A DNA stretch of 64,000 nt, taken from the NCBI GenBank assembly GCA_951406725.2, contig OX597822.1, positions 22,816,001 to 22,880,000 on the forward strand, in the 5' to 3' direction. The DNA is from Octopus vulgaris (taxonomy: Eukaryota). A program made the translations under genes and the position numbers. Shown here one piece after another: positions 51,014 through 64,000 of this stretch. The notes under the pieces were generated by a model. It had not been told where the DNA came from. It worked only from the letters and a program-made list of their open reading frames with translations, and ran no database searches. How positions within the stretch are numbered: position 1 is the first letter of the stretch; the number at the start of each line of letters is the position of its first letter.

Positions 51014-52989
51014 ACACACACACACAGCTGTATATTGGTATACCTTATATTTTAAGTTTGCAGAAAAGACATAATTTAAATGAGTCATAGCCATTTTGGT
51101 GAATCAATATTGATACATTGAACACCAACTTTTGTAGGTAGTGTCCGGCACAGCTGCAGTTGAATGATCAAAAGCAGACATGAATAAATTTCTGCACAGA
51201 AACAGATGTTCTTGACTGTGTTTAACAATTTAATGAGATTATGTAGAACTACAGTATTTTAAAAATATCTATACAAGCATTTTTTAAGCATGTATGGGTT
51301 CAATGATCCTGTAAATTTGGATAGGAATACAAACCATTTTAAGGTACTTCCAGACAGGTTACACATGCCCTCATCTCAAGGCACAAATAATACAATGCTG
51401 GAAATCTTTTTTTAATTTCTGACCTTTAGACCAGCATTGACTTATAACTGACCATATGAGCAACTGATGTTTTTCTAAACCATGTAAATTAAAAATAACT
51501 TTTGGTCCTTGTTTACAATGTCCACTATTGGAATCATGATTGACCAACAATTTCTATATTGCACATCTATGATTGCTGACCATAGTTGGTTCTGTTCACA
51601 ATGTTGTAGATTCAGTGGCTGGAGCTGGTTCAATTAATCCTGGGTAAATGCGGATACATATAAGTAAAGCAATCTAGACGATATTAAGTTGCTTAGCTTG
51701 AAATTAAACAATGATCAAAAGTGCTCAACTTTATAAATCTATTGGTTTTTTTTTAGTATAACACATCTAGGACTACATTACTGAAAGTGTCCTTCCTTTC
51801 TTTTTAAATACAGCATGGTGTGATTTCAGGTGAAGTTGAACAATCATAAATGCTCATTTTGGATGAAAGTAACATTGATAGATTTACTGCCATAATTGTT
51901 CTCCATATGATTTTAAGAGCTCATTTAGCAGTCAAGCATTTATGTTGTCATATGACCCTAAGAATATCTAACAATAAATCAAGATTTTAATTAGGGAGAG
52001 GGGATTCTTGGGAAAGCAGATGGTGTGCGTTTATTGAAAATGCTTAGCTTTGAATTCAGCTTATGAACTTTGATAAGTTTGGATGCCATGGGAAGAAGAT
52101 TCTAACATTTTAGGACTGACTTTCATCTGCTGACTACCACCAGCTTTCTAAAAATGTTTTTCGTCCAACATTATACTAGTCTGTAACTCACTGACAGGAT
52201 AGTCGGTGGACAGCAACTGAAGGGCCAGTGATTTCTATCATCACCAATACACTTACCTCTCAATGAGCCAGAGCAATTTTTACAAGGCTGCATAGCTTAC
52301 AACTAAGTAGGCGCTGGGTATAAAAATGACATTTCCTTAACTCATAAAACTGACTTCAACCCAACAAATGGGAGACAAGTCCATCACCTCTTAGCCTATG
52401 TAATGTATAAGGCAAAGAAAACATCTTCTGAACTGTGTGATTATTTAAAAACTACTCCTTACAGTTGTTCAAAAGGAATGCTCTTGGTTTGCAAAATATT
52501 GGTGTATTAGTTTGATAAAAGCTCCATCTAATTTTAAATACTCCTTTGAGCCACAGACCAAGGTTAATGAGCTGGATCGACAGGTGAAGACAAGATGCAG
52601 TGAAAGAAATTCAGCAAATATTGATACATTTGCAGGAAAGTGGTGTGGAACCAAAAAGCTATAGCTGTAGGGTTAAAAATGCAGTGCTTGGGAAGTAGTC
52701 TTTTACTGTAGCCTCTTGAATGTTAAATTTAGTGAATAGCAACAGCACAGAAGCTAGTTCTGGCTAAATCAATTTTTTTTTTGTCTTCTTTTTCTTAGGA
52801 ACAGCTTGGTGTATTGGTGAACAAACAGCACTGGAGAGCATAAAGACTGAAGTTGTAGTTGAGAAAAGATTGGCTAACATGAAGGTCTAGAAGCCATCTA
52901 AATACTGGAAAAGTTACCTGTATAATGATGATCCGCGTTATCAAAATGCCAACATTATGACTACTGCTCAATGAACAGTGTAAAGGTTA

Positions 52990-53760
52990 TGTAAGATGTT
53001 TCAAGGACACAGCAAGCATTCTGACTGCATCCACATGCAGGAATTCATCCACCGACTGCAAAAATAAGTGATGGAAGATCCAAGCAACGGAATCCAGATT
53101 TTGATGAGAGATGGATGTTGGAGTTGCTGCCATGAAGCTGAGCCTGAATAAGGACTTTTGTACAAGGGGTGCAAGGGACAAATTCTGATAGACAAGGCCA
53201 AGAACAATCACTTGATGAAGGCAAAGTTCCAGAATAAGCTAAGGTACCCTGTTGAGATGGGGATGATTAGGTTCTTCTCATATGAAAAGAACTTCTGTCA
53301 GGACCAGTTGCACAATACTCAGAACAGGTGGCTTGACTACAATCCATGTGATGTCCCATGTATCATGAAAACCAAGTTTCTCAAACTGTGATGGTCTTTA
53401 GGTATCTCCAGTGAGGGTGATGTTCTTCCACCCAACATCTAGTTGGAGAGGGTTGTTGCTGGAAGAGCATGTGTGTGTGGCAGTAGGATTTGGCTCTTTG
53501 TATACTTTCCCAAAGAGTCAGAAGTAGTTGTTGGAGAATTTCCACGACTTCAACAGTCCCAATTTCTGGCTTCTTAACCCCACCCAGTTGTAATTCCATG
53601 GATTACTATGTGTGGGGTGTGGCTGAGAAAGAAGACCAATTGCACTGCCTGCAACATCAGGAGGTATTTGAAGATCTCAGGGACAATGAGGAACACATGC
53701 ACCAATTTCTGGAACTGTCTTGAGGCTGTGGTGGATACTGAGGAATAAACTGTTATCTCC
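52990..53760 (+). pseudogene. Tc1/mariner-superfamily transposase relic, maT/DD37D-like
   Basis: Fragments FFSYEKNF.QDQ..N.QNRWL, KTKF..TVMVF, VWQ*DLA.C and ENF.DF.SPNFW..NPP.CN.MDYYVWG resemble the FSDEK, QQDSAP and WPPNSPD.NP.DY motifs. Multiple frameshifts. Confidence 0.8.
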
Positions 53761-53796
53761 CAGTCATAATCTAGTTGATACTTTTTGACTTTTTAA

Positions 53797-53989
53797 CCCT
53801 TAGCATTCAGATACTCAAATGTAATGCTTATTTCACTTTGTTTTAAATTAATCATGCATTATCTCATAGCTTTAAGATTTTGATATTGTAATTTTGAGTG
53901 AGGTAGTTGTGAAAGGCCAGATTTGGCCACTTTAAGCATAAAACACAGAATATTTTGGCAGGATATGGCTGGTTGAAATGCCTAAAGGC
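53797..53989 (+). mobile_element. piggyBac-like MITE
   Basis: Starts TTAA|CCCTTAGCATTCAGAT. Further degraded copies lie at ~54280-54425 and ~56970-57165. Confidence 0.75.
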
Positions 53990-54832
53990 TAAAATACTTT
54001 TATTATTGTATGGGATATTGTTTTCTTTTCCTTTTATGCAAATGGTCAAATTTAGTCCCAACAACCTATGTGTGTGTGTGTGTTGTCAAAAACTTCTGGG
54101 ATTGATATAATCAACTATAATCCCTTGGAAGATATGCTTTCCTCCAATGGATAAAATCAATAAAAAAAATATAAATTTTTGACATTTCTTGAATACGAAT
54201 GCACTATGTGTTTCCCACATTTTCTCTGATGCTGAAGGAGCTGAGCTATTTGCTACTTATGGGAAGTTTTTTTTAAAAATTAATTTGAATTAATCATGCA
54301 TTATTCCAGCTTAAGAGATTTCAATGTGATTATAAAATGATATTGTAGGATAGGTGTGAGAAGCCAGATCTATCATAAAACAGAATATTTGGGCTGGATA
54401 TGGCCAGTTTACAAGCTAAAGAGTTTAAGTAGCTTTTACAATCTGAGATTTTCAGCAACTGGCATAAACAGTGATGGTCACTGACTGTTTTCTTTTAAGT
54501 CTGACAGTGTAACTAACTATAAGAATATGCAACTATACAATCTTAGCCCAGCTTATAAATCTTCACTTGTTCTGTCAGATTATTGTTGACCATGATGAAT
54601 GTGACAATTAAGTTTTAAATTAGCTTCTAAACAAAACTTTTGATACAGAAGCCCTGAAAGTTTAGATAAACAAGGTAAACAGCTTTAATCATTATCATTG
54701 TAAAGTGACTGATGACTGCACACTTAAATACCTTTTCTTCCATTTTTTGAAAAAAAAAAAAAACCAAAATAATCAATGGTATTATTACATTTTATTGGTG
54801 GATATAGCAACAGAGGTGGAGCAAGCCATCAA

Positions 54833-54869
<37 letters not shown>

Positions 54870-57208
54870 GATTATGAGGCAATACTATTCCAGAATCCAG
54901 CCCTCTAGAGGCATTAAGCACAAAAAGAATTGAATGAAATAAATATTGATTTTTCTGGCATAGAAACCAGCAGGAGATAAGAATACTGAATCTCAATGCT
55001 AGTTTTGAAAGAGAGCTCATTAGATAAAACTAGGTAGGTCATCTATTGTATGAAATCTATTCACACTAAAAATCTGATTTATCTTTAAAAAAAACAGCAA
55101 ATGTAAAGGACAAATGATAGAATTAAAAACAAAGGTCTTTATGATTTTAAAATAACTACCAGCCCATATAATCTATAAATTAGCTGTTTGAAAAATCTTT
55201 AAAAAAAAAATGAAATATTAGAAACACAGCTATTGCATGTAACCTTTTAACATAGATATAAAGCAAACTGACCAAAATTTGCAAATGAAATCCAACTCAT
55301 TAATAATAATAAAAAAAGAATATGAAAAATAAGATTCAGCAATGTTCCCAGCTCAAATACACACGTGACATCTCAGAAAAACCATCTTATAGATATTCAG
55401 CCTGCAATTGTGTATTGTTTTTCAAGTTCTATGAATATTGTCAAGCTAGCTGGATTACTGACAAAGTCCAATGTATCACTGCCTGTTTAAATCTTACCCT
55501 CTTTCATTAGTGTAGGTCAATAAATAGAATACACACACACACACGAAAAAGAAAAAAAAACAATGCAAATGTACACTTTAAATTTTCTAAAAAAAGAAAA
55601 AACATGTTTCCAAGTATAAAATAATTATATGGAATATATAGTTAATAAGGATAGTAGTATTTGACTCCACCAGATCATTCTTGAATGAAAGCATGAAAAA
55701 TTGTGAACTTGCCAGTAAGTACACTTTTTTTAAAACAATTACTTGGAAAAGGGGACATAGTACTTTCCTATACTTCCTTAATACATTCATTACTCTTTAC
55801 TTTTATTCTAAATGTAAAACCATGATTGTGAAATTTACGATAATGCCTTCCAATTCTATATTGGCAATGAATGTCTTAGTAGGTCAGATATTTAAGGCGA
55901 TGTAATACAAAATTTTAACTTTATTTCAGATACAGACAGCATCAACAAGGTAGATTCTGATCTGACACATGAAACAAAAAACACCATTACCATCAAAATT
56001 CTAGCTACCAACAACAGCTCCTTGAATATGGTTCAGAATCAGAAAAAGCTGAAGGACTTTAGTGGCCAGGGAAAAACATTCTTGGTGATCTGATGCCATG
56101 TCAGGATGGTTGAGTTTTCTCACCAAGTCCAGGAGATCAATGTTTTCAAGTTGGTGAATTCACTGTCAGATGTGTAATAGTCAAGGGCATGAGGTACAAG
56201 TCCTACATGATGACAGGGTAGTTATAGCAGGCAAAACTGGAGAAGACTGTGAACATGTAACTCCCAGCTCTTGATCTGAATCCCCTAGATTGCTGCATGT
56301 GGTATCATCAAAGGAAGTAGGGATCAACAAGCAGTCCCATGCTGTCAAAAGCTTGCTGGGATTTGGTATTGTTGGTTACTTGATCCTTAATGGAGCAAAA
56401 AGGTGGTTTTGTGGAATGACTTGTTTCTTTGATGTTTCTAGTCAAATGTGAGTGTGCCAGTTTAAATTTGGTGCCATGTATGGTTTTGTTCAAAAATGAC
56501 CAACAAACTATTACTTCCAAAACCATGAATGTGTATGTTGTGAGGTGGTAGTAATGCAGAAATGAAAAAGGAATGAGGGCCAACCAGCAGAAATCCTCAC
56601 CACCATGACAAATTTTTTTTAAAATTAATATAATAGAAAGAGAGCAGTAGAATTACAAAAGTAAATGGAAATTATACAATATTGAATAGTATGCTTTGAG
56701 TTCAGACAAAAGAAGAACAGTAGTAAACCTCTTGCAAACATCAATTTACTTTGGTATAATTTTCACTTTTATTGAGGTGGGTGAATTTCTGATGTTTGTC
56801 AAAGTATACAACCTTCCTCAGGAACAGCAACAGTGCTATTTTAGAAACTGATATTTTCTTAGAGAGACACCAGTATGCAAAGGTATCAACATTTCAGAGA
56901 CTTAACATTATGGAAAATAAGCAAAATAAGCTGAGCCAAACTAGTGAAGATGATGAATCATTGATATTTAACACTTTAGTGTTCAGATTACTCAGTAAAA
57001 TGTAATGGTTATTTATTCATATCATTTTGTATTAATTATGCATTATCACACAGCTTTGAGGTTTCAATGAGGCGATTGCTTATTTTAAGAATGACAATGT
57101 AAGGCAGTTTGAATGTTAAAAAAAGGTAGAATATTGGGGTTGGATATGGCCAGTTTAAATAGAGGGAAAAAAAAGTGTGAGGTAAAAAGAAAATTAAGGG
57201 CCTTTGTT

Positions 57209-57932
57209 TTCATCATCATCATCGTCTAACGTCCGCTTTCCATGCTAGCATGGGTTGAACAATTTTGACTGAGGGCTAGCAAACCAGATGGCTGCACCAG
57301 GCTCCAATCTTGATCTGGCAGTTTCTACAGCTGGATGCCCTTCCTAACACCAACCACTCTGAGAGTGTAGTGGGCACTTTTACATGCCACCGGTAGGGGG
57401 GGGGGGCAGTCAGGCAGTACTGGCAACGGCCTAGCTCAAATCTTTTTACACATGCCACCGGCACAGGTGCCTTTTACATGCCCACCAGCATGGAAGCCAG
57501 TTAGCCACTCTGGAAACAATCACGCTTGCATGGTGCTCTTAGCACCCAACTAGCACGGGCACAAGTGCCAGTAAGGTGATGCTGGTAACGATTAACGGTG
57601 CCCTTTTATGTGCCACTGACATGGATGCCGGTTAGCCGCTCTGTCAACGATCACACTCATATGGTGCTCTTTGCACCTCGCTAGCAAGGATGCCAGTCAT
57701 CGAATTTGATTTTGATTTCATTTGCCTCAACAGGTCTTCACAAGCAGAGTTTAGTGTCCAAAGAAGGAAAAGGTACGCATAAGTGGGCTGGTTACGCCCC
57801 TGGCATAGGCCACGAGGTTATGGTCTCAATTGGCTTGCCAAGTCTTCTCATGCACAGCATATTTCCAAAAGTCTCGGTCACTAGTCATTTCCTTGGTGAG
57901 GCCTAAAGTTCAAAGGTCGTACTTCACCACTC
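57209..57932 (-). mobile_element. 5'-truncated RTE LINE 3' end with an internal tandem repeat
   Basis: Same family as 12087-12876, with the (CAT)n tail at 57209-57225. A ~130-bp unit (gtgcc.tttta.atgcc..gccagttagcc.ctct..acgatcacgct..atggtgctct) is duplicated. Confidence 0.88.
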
Positions 57933-58458
57933 CATATATAATATTAATATATATATATATATATATCAGTATGAAAAAGGGTTCAACGATTAGTGCAGAA
58001 ACATGGATACAAATAACAGATTGTTCCTGGGACCTCAGTGGTCCCTAATAAGTGGTATATGGATGGGCTTTGATAAATACACACATTTGACTAAAACATT
58101 CTGGCAAAGAATGCAGAAGCCATGGAAAATAGGTGGTTCAAAATTAAATTACTCTACATAGGTTTGATTTTTCTAAGGCAATACCAGTTTGGAACTTAGA
58201 AAAGCATTTAATCATTTTGTCAAACAAGCTGGAAGCAGTCTTTTTGGTCATTGCTGAAAAATTCTAATATTGTGGTGTGGACCAGCTTGGTTGTCATAAT
58301 AGATATTTTGGGTTCAATTAAGAATTGTATCATCATTTAGAATTTTAGATGCTTCTTCATAACTCAAGTGTTTACCTTGTTTAAGGCAAGTGATTTACCT
58401 ACAAAATAGAACCATTAAGAAACAAAATAAAGAGTGTAGTGTCTTCTAGACACTTCAA

Positions 58459-58908
58459 CCCTTTAGCATTCAGATGATTCTATCAAATGTAACTAATTTG
58501 TTCACATTATTTTGAATTTATTTTGCAATTGTTTAGTTTTAGACTAACAATGTAGGTTAGATGTGATAGGCTGAATCTGGCCAGGTTGAACATAAAACGA
58601 AGGATATTTGAGCCAGATGTGGCCGGTTTAAATGCTAAAGGGTCAAAAAGTCCGGTGTGACAGTGTTGATCTTGTATACAATTGTCACTCATTAACCCTT
58701 TAGCAGTTAAACAGGCCATACCCAGCTCAAATATTCTATCGGCTTTATGCTCTAAATGGCTAGATCTAGTTTCTCACACCAACCCTACAATATCATTCTA
58801 AAAAATAGCCATATTATTGAAATGTCAAAGCTATGTGGTAATGCACGATTAATTCAAAACAAAATAAATAAACATTAAATTTGACAGAGTAATCTGAATG
58901 CTAATGGG
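58459..58908. mobile_element. Inverted pair of piggyBac-like MITEs (58459-58642 +, 58696-58908 -) separated by ~50 bp
   Basis: First copy: CCCTTTAGCATTCAGAT..TTTAAATGCTAAAGGG. Second copy: TTAA|CCCTTTAGCAGTTAAAC..ATCTGAATGCTAATGGG. Confidence 0.82.
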
Positions 58909-60995
58909 TTTATGGTTTGATTAATAATAGTTCGCTAAAGGGCTTGCAGTTCCATGCATGAATAATTTGTCTTTGTCACATGAATTGCTCCTATACTTAC
59001 TTCACACTGTGTTTCTAATGGCAGATTGATCTTAAACAATAATTTTTAACTGCACCCAAATTACCCCAGGACAGATTAGCTGTCTGTATCCAAGATGAAG
59101 AGAAACAACTTTTGCAACTTCATTATGCAATGGTAAAGTGGCTTGTTATAAGAGAAAATTACCAAAACAACCCAGTAGGAGGATATCCTATATGGGGAAC
59201 AACAAGCATTTGTTCACAGTCATCCCTCGAGAAAGTGAATTTGTTTCGAAGTAAAGCAATTTTATCTCTTATTCGTTAATTGTTGTTGCCTATTAACATT
59301 TAATGTAATGAAATCTATTATGAATGACTGAATTCAGTTATCGTCCAATCAGTTTGGGTACATGTTTGGCATTTTATGTGGTTTTAAAAACACCTCTTTA
59401 AAAATACTTTTTTAAAAAACTGTCTTCGGATTTTGTTTGTTTTGAACGTTAGATTCAGAATCTGCAAAAAAATTCTTTTTTCTTTTAAAAACAAAAACAA
59501 TAAGGAATCTCAATCCATTTATATATAATAATCATGGATAATGAACAAAATATCTTGTAATAGCGGTTATTTTCAAAATTTATTTAAGATGAAAATGTAT
59601 TTACAAATACAAACAAAATATATTTATACTTCAAATGCAAAACGAAAGTAAAATTTAACTACTTTTTTATATTCATAAACACACACACACACACGCATAA
59701 AAAAAGTTGTAAATCCTTCAACCTCTTGATTTAAATGTTTGTTTTAAACAAATTCTGAATATTTGATGTTCAAAGCAATACAAATCCGAAGACCCATCTG
59801 TTAAAGAAGGGAATGATAAAATGTTTGCAGAAAGAATTATTAAAAAACCCAGGCTTAAATGAACACATGCCCCGATTTTTGCAAAATTTTTAGACTTATC
59901 CACTAACAATAAGCCTGTTCCTTATTAATGGGTGAGAGATCACACAGAAAAATTATTTTTTTCTAAAAAAACCTCTCACGTCCACACAACAGAGATAGGA
60001 TGTGAATAAAACTAGCAGGATATTGTAATGAATTCATTCATAGAAGATTACCATACAATAGCAGATCACAATTTTTGCAAAGAAATTAAAATATCAAGTG
60101 CATCTGATAGAAGAGCGAGCAACTGTGTACATTAAAAGCAGCTACATTTTCCATTAAAAAATGTTTCAACTTCAAAAGGCCTCAGAAATACGAGGGGTGG
60201 GGGTCTAGGAAAGATTTGTAAGTATATATATCCACTAATTAAAGTATTAGGTACTCTCCTTTCGTCTCTGAACTGGTGTAGCTGTAGACTCATTGGACAA
60301 GTGTGTTTAGTACTGCCAATACTCGAGCGGACAAAAGTTTAGGTCTCTGACCCCCCCCCCTGTCGTATGGGCCCTTAGGAGCCACTTGAACGTCTTGTGT
60401 ACCAGAATGCTTCGCATGATTATAGGTTACCAGTGGTCAGATTTTGTATCCAACCAACTCTATGAAAGGTCGCCTTGTTCATAAAATATGAAAGTGCTTC
60501 AAGATAATTGAAATTAAACGCGGCCATAGCACGGATACATATAGTTCGTGTGTAAAACTGTCTTATTTAGAAAACGCATCCCATTCCTGCAAAAGCTACT
60601 TATTGAGACAGTTGACTGGTGTCATTTTTTCTTTATTGCACATGTTATTTTTGCTTGTGAAACAGAAAGGAAACTAAATCTGGAGAAGAGAAAAAAAGCC
60701 TACTACTACTACTACTACTACACTTGCCTCACTTTCGTAAATAATTCGGCACGCTATATTCCAAAATTGCCAAACGCCAATGCTCTTTGGTTAACGTGTT
60801 TGTTTGTCAAGGAATGTCGGGTGCAACTTTGAGTTGATTCTTTTCACATTCATGATGATGATAGAATTTTGCTTCATTATTAACGGTATTATATAACTCG
60901 TATTACAAACTAGCTTGCGTAACTGAGACTTACAAAAAAAAAACTGATCTAACGATAGTAATATATACATACACACACATATATATATGGTATTC

Positions 60996-61534
60996 TTTCG
61001 ATTTGACTAGGAAAAACCAAAACATTGCAATCGGCTCTATCCGTGAAAAGCACGTTGTCTTGTCAGTTGACGAAATAGAAGAAAGCTAATGGGTTGTGCG
61101 TGCGTGCTCCTCTGTCTCTGTGTATGCGTGTGCTTCTTCGTCTGTCTGTGTGTATGTGCTTGTTCTTTGTGTGTGTACATGTTGCAATATTTCTGCTCTC
61201 TAGTGGTTAAAAAAAAACCCATATGGACCACTATAATTGATACATCGTTCTCGTTTTCTGTTTGGAAATTTACGGATTTTACATACACACATGAAACAGG
61301 TAAGAACAAATATGCAAGGCTTTTTTTTCTTCAAGTTTAAAATGCGACATTGCTGGCATAATTTCGTTATGTCTATATTCCACAACACATAAATACAAAA
61401 AAACAAAACAGGGACACACACAAAGAACAAGCACGTACAACCCATTAGCTTTCTTCGTCAACTGACAAAGACGATGTGCTTTTCACGGAAAGAGCCGATT
61501 GCAATGTTTTGCTTTTTTACGAGTCAAATCGAAA
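60996..61534. mobile_element. MITE-like element with ~110-bp imperfect terminal inverted repeats
   Basis: tttcgatttgact..aaaacattgcaatcggctct.tccgtgaaaagcac..gtcagttgacgaa..gaaagctaatgggttgt is mirrored at 61431-61534. An inner mirror pairs gtgcttgttctttgtgtgtg with cacacacaaagaacaagcac. Confidence 0.85.
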
Positions 61535-62199
61535 CAGTTCTTCTTGATTTCCATTTTCAGGACAGCAGTTATTATTTTTCTCACTGTTTAAGGATATAAT
61601 TATTTCAAGTTTTTGGTCAGCAGTTCTGAAACGTGCATTGGTTGTGAATTTCAACCTAATATTTGGTTCCGAAATCTAGGATGTAGCGACCTCTAGATTT
61701 TCGTTATCGAAATCGTAACATTCTTCAGTAATTTCCATTAAAAAAATTTTAACGTTGAGGATGCTACGCAAGGGGTCGTGATAGATGAGAACATAAGAAA
61801 ATAGGGATAAAAATCACCGCGAGAAATTAGCTTGATTAATATGTGTGTACATGTACACACACACGGGCGTTCGTGAAACGCTATTCCGAAAAAGAGGATC
61901 AGACACACATGACGGTTATCAGCATACAGGAATTCTGGGGACACGTAGTTGGTCCTCTGATAGACAAATCTCTCCAACCAGAGTAAATCAAAGGAAGACT
62001 TCAGCCAACGCATGATTCTGGGTATTGCCTATTGTTTTCACGTTCGCATCATTTATTAGTTTTCATTTTTACTATATTCATAACTCCAACTTATTTTAGA
62101 TTTATTATTCCATCATACAAAATACTACTTCGATCTGCATAATAAAATCACTCATAATGAGCACTGGCCAAAATTCTTACCATACACGAACATTATTTT

Positions 62200-62476
62200 C
62201 CGGACGAAATACTTAGTGGTATTTCGTTTGCCGCTACGTTCTGAGTTAAAATTCCGCCGAGGTCGACTTTGCATTTCATCCTTTCAGGATCGATTAAATA
62301 AGTACCAGTTACGCACTGAGGTCGATATAATCGACTTAATCCGTTTGTCTGTCCTTGTTTGTCCTCTCTGTGTTTAGCCCCTTGTGGGCAGTAAAGAAAT
62401 AGGTATTTCGTCCGCCTGTCTCTACGTTCTGAGTTCAAATTCCGCCGAGGTCGAATTTGTCTTTCATCCTTTCGAG
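62200..62476 (+). mobile_element. SINE family A with a tandem partial second copy; CpGs intact
   Basis: The core attccgccgaggtcga occurs twice (~62251 and ~62439). The tail matches the 11395 copy. Confidence 0.88.
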
Positions 62477-63650
62477 TTTAATGACACGAGCACGGGATTC
62501 TTTGTAATCTACTAGTCCCTTCCCCTACAATTTCGAAAAGAATTATTATCACTAATGGATACCAGTGGAAAATCCCTGGGCGGCAAATATTCGGTTTTCC
62601 TCGAAGCAGGCATCGTGAAAGTATCTAACTAAAACGACTGGAATTTCCATATATTTAAACAGTAACTAATTGCCTATGATGCCAACTCATTTTATAAGTA
62701 GATTATTGTTTGCCAAAGTGAAAACGGTATGTTACTGCCCCAGGATTGTCAAGATAAAGGTTACAAATTTTTGTGTTTATTGTCTCCCCTAATAACGTTT
62801 CGTTTAAGGTGTCTAAGTCAAGGGGTTTAGTATTTTCAGGATTAAAGGCATTTAGAACCCATGGGAACTGAAATGGGCCCCTAAGTAGAATTAGGACATA
62901 TAACTGTTGCTTTCTTAACCAGAACGTGCAAATAATACTCGTAAATTAGGGATACTGAATTCTGAGATCACAGTTGGCGGCCATTTCATCAATGTTAGTC
63001 AAATAGTATGCGGGGTACAATGTAAAGGACCAAGTATACAGAAGACCATCTTCACCGCAATCAGAATATTTTCTTGCAAAAATGAAGAAGGCTAGGATTA
63101 TAAGTATAACAATGTTTGTGTAGATTTATTTATTGTTCCAGGCGTTCAAAAGAATATATATATACATGTATATATATGAATGCAATTTTAGCGAAGAGTA
63201 TACCGTAGGATAATTGATTGCTAAGATGAGGGAGACAGATTGGAATTAAACTTTCCAAAAAAGACACTGAAATAGGGAAGTGATAAAAAGCAACATTTAA
63301 GTTCACGTTTTAATCAAATTTAGTTACTGTGAAGCTATTTAATATTGTTGAGATAAGTAAAGATATTTTACTACATTTGTAACCAGGGTAGAAACAAAAT
63401 GACACCACTGTTCACGGGCCCTAGACTCGACACGACCTGTTTTACAATTCCAAGGAACATTTTCTCTCAAATAAACGTATACAAGAAATTATGACCAAAA
63501 AAAGTCTCAGAATGGCGAGTTCTAATTACAGATTTTAAGAAAACAATTATACGTCTAAATGATCAAAAATAATTTTTATACAAGAATTAAATTATATATG
63601 CGTTCGAATTTTGTATGAATTAGGAAACGGTGGCGAGTGAAAATTTTGTG

Positions 63651-63820
63651 AATAGAATAAACTTTCACCTTATATTGACTAAATTGTTTAATATGAGGAT
63701 ATATAAACTCCCATAAAGGAAAATAAGGTGAGTATTCGGTTCCAAAGCTATGGAGTTTATATGTCCTAACATCAGACCATTTCTACAGTCGATATATAGT
63801 GAAAGCTTATAATTCTATTT
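63651..63820. repeat. Degenerate inverted repeat with ~65-bp arms
   Basis: aatagaata..ctttcac..atat.gact..aggatatataaactcc pairs with ggagtttatatgtcct..agtcgatat..gtgaaag..attctatt. Confidence 0.65.
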
Positions 63821-64000
63821 ATGAAATATATATTTGTATAGCTACCTCATATTAGAAAACATTTTTTATACAAGTCAAACTAAGTTATTTATCGAGATAA
63901 AAAGATTCATGGAATTAGTAAAATTTGGTACCTGGCTTCCTAATATATAAATTTGACCACATATTGTGTAAAGAGCAATTTAAAAACTGCTTCTTACGTT

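Noticed and set aside
1-64000. CRISPR array, operon or other prokaryotic system
   Set aside because: The sequence is eukaryotic and intron-like. There are no regularly spaced direct repeats with unique spacers and no bacterial-type gene density.

Overview
AT-rich eukaryotic genomic DNA. The SINE, RTE-LINE and MITE families look like those of octopus (inferred from repeat recognition, not proven). There is one convincing protein-coding gene: a single-exon, 1464-aa, five-RRM RBM12-like ORF on the minus strand (6335..1941). A strong splice acceptor lies 3 nt upstream of its ATG, so the remaining ~57 kb is probably a very long 5' intron. That region holds a Helitron with both termini and two nested insertions, an RTE LINE relic, a maT-type transposase relic, many tRNA-derived SINEs and several MITE families. 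The most notable observations are: (1) an RBM12 architecture resembling the vertebrate RBM12/copine shared-5'-exon arrangement, with a candidate in-frame upstream coding exon at 41044..40994 and a splice motif downstream of the 3' UTR; (2) many long inverted repeats that could fold the pre-mRNA into dsRNA; (3) a 37-bp-stem, pri-miRNA-shaped hairpin at 31749-31832; (4) a TE-poor block at ~30-41 kb; and (5) a CpG-decay boundary near 59 kb recorded in SINE copies. All exon, miRNA and regulatory calls are inferences from motifs.
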